Shown here in pieces: positions 36,284 to 43,016 of a stretch of 45,632 nucleotides of DNA. Below the pieces are notes generated by a model, which made no database searches, was not told the DNA's origin, and was given only the letters and a program-made list of their open reading frames with translations. The first letter of the stretch is position 1, and every line of letters starts with the position of its first letter. Both the position numbers and the translations under genes were made by a program. The stretch lies in the NCBI GenBank assembly GCA_027064945.1, contig JAMOPB010000237.1, forward strand, positions 1 through 45,632, read 5' to 3'. The DNA comes from Candidatus Cloacimonadota bacterium (lineage in GTDB: Bacteria; Cloacimonadota; Cloacimonadia; Cloacimonadales; TCS61).

Positions 36284-37303
36284 TTATACTCTTACTTTTG
36301 ATTTATAATTTAAAACGATTTTTTCCATGTTGAGCTGAATTTCGCGATCGATTGGCCCCATGTTAAATAAAATAGAATGATGCGCAGATATTACAGCCCA
36401 TGCTACAAAATAATCATAAGTACCGTAGATCATTGATAAAACATTTGTTCCAAATCTTTTTGCAATTGCGTTATTTAAAGCTATTGGTGTGATGTTAATT
36501 ACTTTGATCATACCAAGTAAAGCCGGTAATTTATCCATAGAATTCAAAGAGGTAATTCCGTTTTTTGCTAATAAATCTGCTATCTCAGATCCATATTTTT
36601 TTGCAATGTTATGTAATACCTCACGAGGTTTCAAATTTGTAAATGCCACTGTGAATATATAATCGATTGCTGCGTTATATATTTTTTTATCATGGATTTG
36701 CATCATGCTTCCGATGCTTATTTCAAGAATTTTTTTAAATAATTCTATACTTAAATCAAAAAGTGTAACACTGGAACCTCTGTCAATTTCAGCAACTATA
36801 TATCTTAGAAATGAAAAATAAATAGCTTCAGCAATTCTCGGATAATCGAGCATAGCGGCTAAAGTTTCTTGTAATTCCTCACTTTCATTTTTAAGATTCA
36901 CAACTTTTTCAATCGAAGCATCATCAATTCTTTTTTGTAGAGTTATAATTTCTTTTGAGATTTTTTCTAATTTTTTAATTATATTAATAATATCAGTAGC
37001 TGTGTCTGGCGAACAGCGTACTATGTCTGGTATAATGCCTGCTAGTAAATTATGATCACCAACATAAATAGAAAAAACCGGAACTTCGCTACCTGCAGCT
37101 GTCGCGCTGTATCCTAAAAATATTTTATCGTTATCTAACAATTTACGTACTGTTCTGGTGTATGCGTTGGCACCTAGTTTCTGCAACGTTATATCCATAT
37201 TTTTATAGAATCTATTGTAAAGTATTTTAGAAGGTTGTTTCAAGATTCTTGCAATAGATTTTTCACTGCTTTCAAAAAATGGAGTTAAAACTGTTTTTTG
37301 CAT
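36284..37303 (-). CDS. hypothetical protein (339 aa, helical)
   Basis: ORF in the operon. No domain recognised. Confidence 0.5.
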   Translation of the reverse strand: MQKTVLTPFFESSEKSIARILKQPSKILYNRFYKNMDITLQKLGANAYTRTVRKLLDNDKIFLGYSATAAGSEVPVFSIYVGDHNLLAGIIPDIVRCSPDTATDIINIIKKLEKISKEIITLQKRIDDASIEKVVNLKNESEELQETLAAMLDYPRIAEAIYFSFLRYIVAEIDRGSSVTLFDLSIELFKKILEISIGSMMQIHDKKIYNAAIDYIFTVAFTNLKPREVLHNIAKKYGSEIADLLAKNGITSLNSMDKLPALLGMIKVINITPIALNNAIAKRFGTNVLSMIYGTYDYFVAWAVISAHHSILFNMGPIDREIQLNMEKIVLNYKSKVRV

Positions 37304-37317
37304 GTGGATCCTTTAGA

Positions 37318-37659
37318 TTAAATTTTGCTATTTAATAATTTTTGTATATAAAGTTTATCTGGAATTAGCATCTGATCACCGATATTTTCGCGCGTAAAAT
37401 TAAAAAATGTTGGACAATCATTAATAAACATTATTATATTTGTAAGAGCTAACGATTGAAAATAATCCCATGCCACTAAATCAGGGCGCATATCGTATCT
37501 CGAAGAAGAAAATTCTATTTTATTTGAATTTTCTTTTAATTCTTTTAAATTTAAGTTAAAAATATTTTCAAGAGGCTCAGATGTTAATTGTTCATATATT
37601 GATTCATCGAAATCGTCCAATTCAGTAGGAATGAAAGGTGTATAGCGTTTTATTTCCAT
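37318..37659 (-). CDS. hypothetical protein (113 aa), faint LysM/tail-protein-X-like C-terminus
   Basis: YDMRPDLVAWDYFQS...ENIGDQMLIP is weakly reminiscent of P2 gpX-type LysM. Not sufficient for a call. Confidence 0.35.
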   Translation of the reverse strand: MEIKRYTPFIPTELDDFDESIYEQLTSEPLENIFNLNLKELKENSNKIEFSSSRYDMRPDLVAWDYFQSLALTNIIMFINDCPTFFNFTRENIGDQMLIPDKLYIQKLLNSKI

Positions 37660-37668
37660 TTTTTTCTC

Positions 37669-38247
37669 CTATACTGGGTTAAACGGCTGGTGTGGTTGGT
37701 GTTCTAATTTTCTAGCTATCGGAACACCGTTTTCTTTATAAAGATAAGTGCGCACTTTCTTTACCCGTTTATCCATAATTGAATTGTCAACTTTTACTTT
37801 GGGATAAATATCATTTTTAGTTTTAAAACGATCTTTTTGATCTACAATACTTTTGCTTTTGCGTTTAGGATTATAAGGATTAGCAACATTTCTGATCATT
37901 TCAGCGCTTTGCCCCATTTGATAAGGAGATTCATACATACTTTCTTTAATTATTTTTTGAGCTTTTTGCTTGATTGTTTTGCGATTAATTGGAAGTATTG
38001 ATGAAGGATTTAAATCGTTTTTTTGCAATTCTATTTCTGCATCTGGTTCACCATCAGAATCTATATCAAGTTCTAATTCGATTTCTTCAGGAGCTTTAAG
38101 TTGGTTTAATGACAGTTGTGCGCCTCGTTTAATATTTTGAGTTAAATTGCGTGCTTGGTTTGTGATTACAGTTTTAGTTCCTGTCATAATTTTAGCACCA
38201 CTTGTTATCGAGTTTAATATTGATTTATTATTATCGCCCATATACAT
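37669..38247 (-). CDS. hypothetical protein (192 aa, basic)
   Basis: Coupled ORF (1-nt overlap at 38247). Confidence 0.5.
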   Translation of the reverse strand: MYMGDNNKSILNSITSGAKIMTGTKTVITNQARNLTQNIKRGAQLSLNQLKAPEEIELELDIDSDGEPDAEIELQKNDLNPSSILPINRKTIKQKAQKIIKESMYESPYQMGQSAEMIRNVANPYNPKRKSKSIVDQKDRFKTKNDIYPKVKVDNSIMDKRVKKVRTYLYKENGVPIARKLEHQPHQPFNPV

Positions 38248-39146
38248 TATTCTGCCTTTTCGATTTCTGTATCATTATTTGTTTCATCATTTTTTTCTAG
38301 CTCTTCACCAACTTGTTCTTCTGTAGCATCTCCGGCAAAATCTGGGTGTGCTTCTTTATCTACTTTATAAGGACCGTAATGAGCTACTTCGGTTTCGTCC
38401 CCATTGAGATCTGCAACTTTAACAATAACAGATAATGATAACGCTCGTACCCAGTAATCTGCATCTACTTTCATTAGCATATATAAAAATGAATCTTGTA
38501 ATGTGAAACTCATATTTATTGAATGTGAATCACTGTTTTTATCTTGATTAAGTGAAATTGATTCACATTTCATAATCGGTGTTGAGACGCATTTAGCAAA
38601 CAGATCATAGTTACTAGCATCATCTTTCATTTGAGCAAATATATTTATTGCATTATCCGCAGCAGGATCATATCCTTCAAGTATATTTTCAGGTAAATAA
38701 AGAAAATAATCGTATTCAAAATCGTAATAATATTTACCCTCATGAGGAAAATACTCACTGTAATTATGAAAAAAATCTAACAATTGCGCACCAGTTTCAA
38801 AGTTAACTGTAATATCGATACCAATATTGTACCTATTGGTTAATCCGTATATTTCAAATTTATCCAATACGCTTGCTATTGGGAAAGCGTTAGGAAATTG
38901 TATCAAATCTGCAGCATTTGTACCGACAGACATGTTTTGAGCAAGAGGATATGTAAATTGTTTTTGAATATTATTAATGTTGATAATGCCTTTTGGGAAT
39001 GGTTGCGGATTTCTGTGAAGTTTGATAGAATCAAAGGTTTTAGAATTATAATTAAAATCCCATTGGCTAATTGGTAATAATGGTGAAGCTGATTGAATAG
39101 CTGCAGCCATACCTCGCATTAAAGCATAATATTGTGTGTGTATCAT
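38247..39146 (-). CDS. hypothetical virion-type protein (299 aa), first gene of the minus-strand operon next to array R
   Basis: AAAGGACGAAGACT-ATG. GCCCCAATGATTAGCA element (39184-39199) upstream. Acidic C-terminal tail. Confidence 0.5.
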   Translation of the reverse strand: MIHTQYYALMRGMAAAIQSASPLLPISQWDFNYNSKTFDSIKLHRNPQPFPKGIININNIQKQFTYPLAQNMSVGTNAADLIQFPNAFPIASVLDKFEIYGLTNRYNIGIDITVNFETGAQLLDFFHNYSEYFPHEGKYYYDFEYDYFLYLPENILEGYDPAADNAINIFAQMKDDASNYDLFAKCVSTPIMKCESISLNQDKNSDSHSINMSFTLQDSFLYMLMKVDADYWVRALSLSVIVKVADLNGDETEVAHYGPYKVDKEAHPDFAGDATEEQVGEELEKNDETNNDTEIEKAE

Positions 39147-39183
39147 AGTCTTCGTCCTTTGATCAATTGCCTTTTATTTAAAA

Positions 39184-39199
39184 TGCTAATCATTGGGGC
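39184..39199 (-). promoter_or_regulatory. GCCCCAATSATTAGCA element upstream of 38247-39146
   Basis: The minus strand reads gaaGCCCCAATGATTAGCAttttaaataaaaggcaattgatcaaaggacgaagactATG. Confidence 0.35.
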
Positions 39200-39223
39200 T
39201 TCTCAATATTTTTATATTTTTAA

Positions 39224-39235
39224 GATAGCATACTA
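39224..39235 (+). promoter_or_regulatory. degenerate GATAG-cATAcTA motif at the left edge of array R
   Basis: taagatagcatactagaaaaca. Same orientation as the array units. Two mismatches to the motif. Confidence 0.2.
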
Positions 39236-39383
39236 GAAAACAATTCACAGTGAACCGTCCAGACCGGGATGATATCTAGAAAAAAGTTTTTCTGCATCTA
39301 GGTTCTGCCAACTGTAACAAGCTATTAGAAAGGTTGTTATTTTAAAACAACAAACTGAAAAACTAGTTTGGTCGTCTAGACTA

Positions 39384-39454
39384 GTTAGATAACTTCCTTT
39401 TGGAAGTTATCTAACAGGCCATCTCATTGTTACGACTTCATCGTAACAATGAGA
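39384..39454. repeat. double-hairpin module (array R copy 1)
   Basis: gttagataacttcc-tttt-ggaagttatctaac and tctcattgttAcga-cttca-tcgTaacaatgaga, both perfect 14-bp stems. Confidence 0.9.
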
Positions 39455-39696
39455 TCAGACCGGGATGATACCTAGAAAAAAGTTTTTCTGCATCTAGGTT
39501 CTGCCAACTGTAACAAGCTATTAGAAAGGTTGTTATTTTAAAACAGTAAACTGAAAAACTAATTTGGATGATCAGACCGGGATGATACCTAGAAAAAAGT
39601 TTTTCTGCATCTAGGTTCTGCCAACTGTAACAAGCTATTAGAAAGGTTGTTATTTTAAAACTGCAAACTGAAAAACTAGTTTGGACGATCAGACTA

Positions 39697-39767
39697 GTTA
39701 GATAACTTCCAAAAGGAAGTTATCTAACAGGCCGTCTCATTGTTGCGACTTCATCGCAACAATGAGA
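39697..39767. repeat. double-hairpin module (array R copy 2)
   Basis: gttagataacttcc-aaaa-ggaagttatctaac and tctcattgttGcga-cttca-tcgCaacaatgaga. Flanked by 8-nt direct repeats gatcagac at 39687-39694 and 39766-39773. Confidence 0.9.
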
Positions 39768-40056
39768 TCAGACCGGGATGATATCTAGAAAAAAGTTTTT
39801 CTGCATCTAGGTTCTGCCAACTGTAACAAGCTATTAGAAAGGTTGTTATTTTAAAACTGCAAACTGAAAAACTAGTTTGGACGATCAGACCGGGATGATA
39901 TCTAGAAAAAAGTTTTTCTGCATCTAGGTTCTGCCAACTGTAACAAGCTATTAGAAAGGTTGATTTTTAATATCAGATAATTTGTCAAATTTAAAAAAGA
40001 ACTGGGAGAAAATAAACACCAATTTCTATATATTCTTTAATAATTAAAATAAGTTA

Positions 40057-40067
40057 GATAGATATTA
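40057..40067 (+). promoter_or_regulatory. GATAGATATTA motif, instance 2
   Basis: agatagatattataataagaaaaataaaa, about 47 nt upstream of the rod hairpin at 40114. About 30 nt are similar to instance 1, with 2 indels. Confidence 0.35.
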
Positions 40068-40113
40068 TAATAAGAAAAATAAAAAAATAAATAAAATAAA
40101 TAAAATAATTTTG

Positions 40114-40208
40114 CCTCGAAGCTGGTTACAGAGCCTAGGGGCTGGGAGAGAGGCGACCGCGCGGCGCGTACTCTCTCAGTCTCGCGGGCTGCTGAGCCAG
40201 CTTCGAGG
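40114..40208 (+). other. 95-nt GC-rich rod-like hairpin in the 5' leader of the plus-strand block (processing site, attenuator or ncRNA candidate)
   Basis: Outer stem cctcgaagctgg/ccagcttcgagg (12 bp). Inner stem ctg..gagagag (40142-40152)/ctctctcag (40171-40179). A-rich tract upstream and ttatttatttttt downstream. Confidence 0.7.
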
Positions 40209-40240
40209 GATCGTTATTTATTTTTTAAAGGAGAAAAAAA

Positions 40241-40372
40241 ATGAAAATTAAAAAACGCGATTGGAATATCGTAGCCATAGCTCGTGGCGAAATTAATGCA
40301 CGCCCAAAAGTAGTGCATTCTAAGAAAAAATATTCACGCAAATTAAAACATAAAAAGCGTGAATATTTCTAA
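40241..40372 (+). CDS. 43-aa highly basic peptide (MKIKKRDWNIVAIARGEINARPKVVHSKKKYSRKLKHKKREYF), speculative ArfA-like tail
   Basis: Not in the ORF track because it is under 60 aa. AAAGGAG 8 nt upstream of ATG 40241. The C-terminal K/R tail resembles KGKGSYxRKxKH of ArfA-type ribosome rescue factors (from memory). Internal 7-bp hairpin at 40295-40319. Confidence 0.4.
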   Translation: MKIKKRDWNIVAIARGEINARPKVVHSKKKYSRKLKHKKREYF

Positions 40373-40482
40373 TTTCTATTTTAAAATTTATCTTTTAAGA
40401 TTAATATATAGAAATTATATATTGAAGGAGACCAGTATTTTGGCTCCAAAAAACAAAAAAACAAATCAAAAAAGGAGAACAC

Positions 40483-40968
40483 ATGAACGGTTTAACTTAC
40501 AAACAATGGAATGAAAGTATCAGAAACATTTTAAATAAATATCCGAAGTTGGTAACAGAATTGAAATTACCAAATACGGTAATGCTACAGTTCAGAAAAG
40601 TTGAATCTAAAAAATTAACAATCGATACTTTTTCAAAATTTATAGAAGGGTTAGGATTAAGTTTCGAGATTGTTATCAAAGATAAAGATGGAAACACTGT
40701 AGATACAACTAAACTTGAAAACTTAGCTGCAGACAAAGTTGAAAAAACGAAAAAAGAAACCCTTGCAACCATTGCAGGTGTTTCTACTGTTTCAAAAAAA
40801 GAAGGAAATAACACGTCTGCGCATGTTACAATGCCAGATGCAGATGATGTATTACCAGCAACTGGAGAAGTTAAAATTGGAGAATCTGTGTCTCAAAGCG
40901 AGAATGATTCAGCGCTTGCTGCGTCACCAGAGGTAGAAGTAGATCTCCAAGCAATATTCGGCAACTGA
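40483..40968 (+). CDS. hypothetical protein, possible HTH-like N-terminal domain with acidic tail
   Basis: AAAAGGAGAACAC-ATG. TIDTFSKFIEGLGLSFEIVIKD resembles the end of an XRE-type HTH. Followed by a strong terminator. Confidence 0.45.
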   Translation: MNGLTYKQWNESIRNILNKYPKLVTELKLPNTVMLQFRKVESKKLTIDTFSKFIEGLGLSFEIVIKDKDGNTVDTTKLENLAADKVEKTKKETLATIAGVSTVSKKEGNNTSAHVTMPDADDVLPATGEVKIGESVSQSENDSALAASPEVEVDLQAIFGN

Positions 40969-41007
40969 GTCTAGACCACTTGTGGTCTAGACTCTTTTTG
41001 TTCTTTT
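40967..41007 (+). terminator. intrinsic terminator after 40483-40968
   Basis: 12-bp stem gagtctagacca/tggtctagactc with loop cttg, followed by tttttgttctttt. Confidence 0.85.
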
Positions 41008-41110
41008 AGGGTTTAAATATAGAAATATAATTGGTGTTTGCAAATTACTTATTCATGAGTGTTCATAAGTGGTCAGTGTGTTTTGCTACTCTTTTGAAAA
41101 GTTCGACGAA

Positions 41111-41150
41111 AGCAAGAGAATAGTTATCTCTTGCTTTTTTGCGTTTTTTT
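41111..41150 (+). terminator. second intrinsic terminator about 105 nt downstream
   Basis: 9-bp stem agcaagaga/tctcttgct with loop atagtta, followed by ttttttgcgttttttt. Confidence 0.75.
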
Positions 41151-41295
41151 CAATATAATTAAATTCTTCAAAACCTTCGATTGTTAAATTATTTGTGTGT
41201 GAATTGTGGTTAAAAATTTCACAAAGATGTGCGAGCGAGTAGAAGCGCGCGGCTAATAATTAGCCAAAAAGAAAAAAAATTCAAAAAGGAAATTA

Positions 41296-42636
41296 ATGAG
41301 TTTAAAAATTGATTTTTCCCTTTACGAGATCGATCTTCCTGTAGTGACTTCTTCCAAAATTTTTGCAAATAATAAAAATGAGTATCATGAAGAAGGATTA
41401 TATTCGCAGAAAATATTTGGACCGGTTAAAAATTACGAATGCAAATGTGGTAAGTTAAAAGGTAAATATTATGCAGGTCAAAGATGTGAAGATTGCGGAG
41501 TGCTTTGTGATAGTAATGATTTGCGAATGAAAACATTTGCGCAAATAAATTTACCATCTGATATCTGGGTTGTATTTCCACCTTTAAAACATGTGTTACA
41601 TAAGATCTTTAGCAAAAGAGCAGTTGATAAGATCATGACTTTTGATCCGCATGTGTATGAAGTACATGACTATTTTATATACGATTTAAATGATGCAACT
41701 CTTGTTAATGTGAATAATTTGATAAATGAGGATGAAATTAAAGCAAAAATTTCAGATCAAGCAAAAGAAGAACTGAATATTGATGAACTAGAAAAACTGA
41801 GAGCAGAATTTGTTAATAAATGGGTTTCTGAAAATCTTAATCCAGAGAGGTACTTAATTGATTTTAAAATTTATTCTATAATAAATCTGAAACATTTATT
41901 TGACTATTTGTATGAAAATCATTGGGAAATATTTGAGAAGAAACAAGTTGGTAATCGCGATATAGTTAAATTTGCTTTTGTGAATAAAATACCAGTGACT
42001 CCACCAGATACAAGACCTGTTATTAAGATAGCAAAAAACAGATTTAGTGTTAATGATATTACTAAATCCTATAGTGAAATTTTGAAAAATCTTGAACATA
42101 AATTCATGGATGATATTTATTTACAGATACAAGATGAAACCGAGCGTAATATATATCTTGCAAATGCTGCTAAAAAATTCCAGCGTTCAGTTGACGATAT
42201 TTATAAATTCGCACAAGAAAATCAGCTAGGCGATAAAGAATCCATTTTAAGAAACTCTATTCTTGGAAAAACAGTTGAATTTAGTGGAAGAACTGTCGTA
42301 ACATGCGGTGCAAATGTTCCACCTTATATGATCTCAATTCCTAGAGAATCTGCAAAAGTATTGTTTATTCTCGAAGTGCTAAATTATCTTGTAAATAATG
42401 ATAATGATATTTTAGATATTGATGATATTGCTTCTTTAATGCAATTAATTACGAACAACATTGAGGATGCAGAATTAAAAATTGATGATGATGTATTTGA
42501 TGAAATTTATCAGAAAATTAGACCGCAGCTGCGTGTTATGTTTGAAAGACCTCCAACATTGTTTATGTATAATGACAGCACATTTATTCTAGATGAGCTA
42601 TTTGAAAATAAATTTAAAATGAAGGAAGAACTATGA
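41296..42636 (+). CDS. phage multisubunit RNA polymerase beta-prime, N-terminal half
   Basis: IFGPVKNYECKCGKLKGKYYAGQRCEDCGVLC (beta-prime zinc motif), IPVTPPDTRPV, LRNSILGKTVEFSGRTVV (NLLGKRVDYSGRSV equivalent). It ends at ERPPTLFMYNDSTFILDELFENK ([22 protein letters not shown] equivalent). Confidence 0.9.
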   Translation: MSLKIDFSLYEIDLPVVTSSKIFANNKNEYHEEGLYSQKIFGPVKNYECKCGKLKGKYYAGQRCEDCGVLCDSNDLRMKTFAQINLPSDIWVVFPPLKHVLHKIFSKRAVDKIMTFDPHVYEVHDYFIYDLNDATLVNVNNLINEDEIKAKISDQAKEELNIDELEKLRAEFVNKWVSENLNPERYLIDFKIYSIINLKHLFDYLYENHWEIFEKKQVGNRDIVKFAFVNKIPVTPPDTRPVIKIAKNRFSVNDITKSYSEILKNLEHKFMDDIYLQIQDETERNIYLANAAKKFQRSVDDIYKFAQENQLGDKESILRNSILGKTVEFSGRTVVTCGANVPPYMISIPRESAKVLFILEVLNYLVNNDNDILDIDDIASLMQLITNNIEDAELKIDDDVFDEIYQKIRPQLRVMFERPPTLFMYNDSTFILDELFENKFKMKEEL

Positions 42637-42998
42637 TGACTTTAAAAATAATACTTGCAATTGTTTTTTTTGTTATTTTCTGGATAATTCCTAGTTTACT
42701 AGGTACTTGGATGCTTTTGAGAATTCTTAAAAAAGATTTTTTACCTGTAATCACAAAGTTGAATATTAAAGAGGATGGGCTATCTTTAGCTGATTTAATT
42801 TTTTTAAATATTTTTGTGTTTAGTGTATTATTTGTATTGTTTTTAACGTGGATTCCAGCTGTAAATTTTGTAATGTTATGGTCATTTTTTGATTACAGTG
42901 GCGATTTGAATTTAGATAAAATGTACATTATTAAACCGCGTGATAAGCAAACTAATTCTAATTCAGATTCAGAATATGATGGAATTATTTGTGAATGA
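42633..42998 (+). CDS. 121-aa membrane protein encoded between the two beta-prime halves
   Basis: ATGA overlap with the beta-prime N stop. GAAGGAAG SD. Two or three hydrophobic helices (ILAIVFFVIFWIIPSLLGTWMLL; IFLNIFVFSVLFVLFLTWIPAV). Confidence 0.55.
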   Translation: MMTLKIILAIVFFVIFWIIPSLLGTWMLLRILKKDFLPVITKLNIKEDGLSLADLIFLNIFVFSVLFVLFLTWIPAVNFVMLWSFFDYSGDLNLDKMYIIKPRDKQTNSNSDSEYDGIICE

Positions 42999-43016
42999 TT
43001 TTAAAAAGGGGAACAT

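Larger units (their letters stand above)
39233..39962 (+). repeat. tandem array R: 5 copies, unit spacing alternating 196/117 bp
   Basis: Units start at 39260, 39456, 39573, 39769 and 39886: cagaccgggatgataYctagaaaaaagtttttctgcatctaggttctgccaactgtaacaagctattagaaaggttgttattttaaaac. Copies are nearly identical, including their spacers. Confidence 0.95.

Noticed and set aside
39456-39500. Micro-ORFs inside the repeat units (for example ATGATATCTAGAAAAAAGTTTTTCTGCATCTAG, 10 aa; or the 22-aa ORF on the other strand).
   Set aside because: They have no SD, are very short, and their stop falls within the conserved palindrome. The conservation pattern fits a nucleic-acid signal better.
39233-39962. 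CRISPR array interpretation of the tandem repeats (also 16406-16917).
   Set aside because: The sequences between the conserved cores are themselves repeated almost identically, so there are no unique spacers. Unit lengths are 117/196 bp rather than about 60-70 bp. No cas genes are present, and the second array is an inverted copy of the first.
40114-40208. tRNA, tmRNA or other cloverleaf RNA in the GC-rich islands (also 25904-26062).
   Set aside because: The stems are too long (9-14 bp) and are arranged serially or as a single rod. No acceptor/T-arm geometry or conserved tRNA bases are present.
40439-40513. 24-aa basic ORF from a TTG after GAAGGAG upstream of 40483-40968.
   Set aside because: It needs a TTG start with a 9-nt spacer, overlaps the well-supported ATG of the next gene, and has no further support.
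42637-43016. Group I intron or intein interrupting beta-prime.
   Set aside because: The N-half ends in a normal stop. The C-half has its own SD and start. Both halves carry short non-homologous tails. The intervening DNA is AT-rich with no obvious conserved paired elements or homing endonuclease, and it encodes a hydrophobic protein with its own SD. Splicing is not formally excluded without RNA data.
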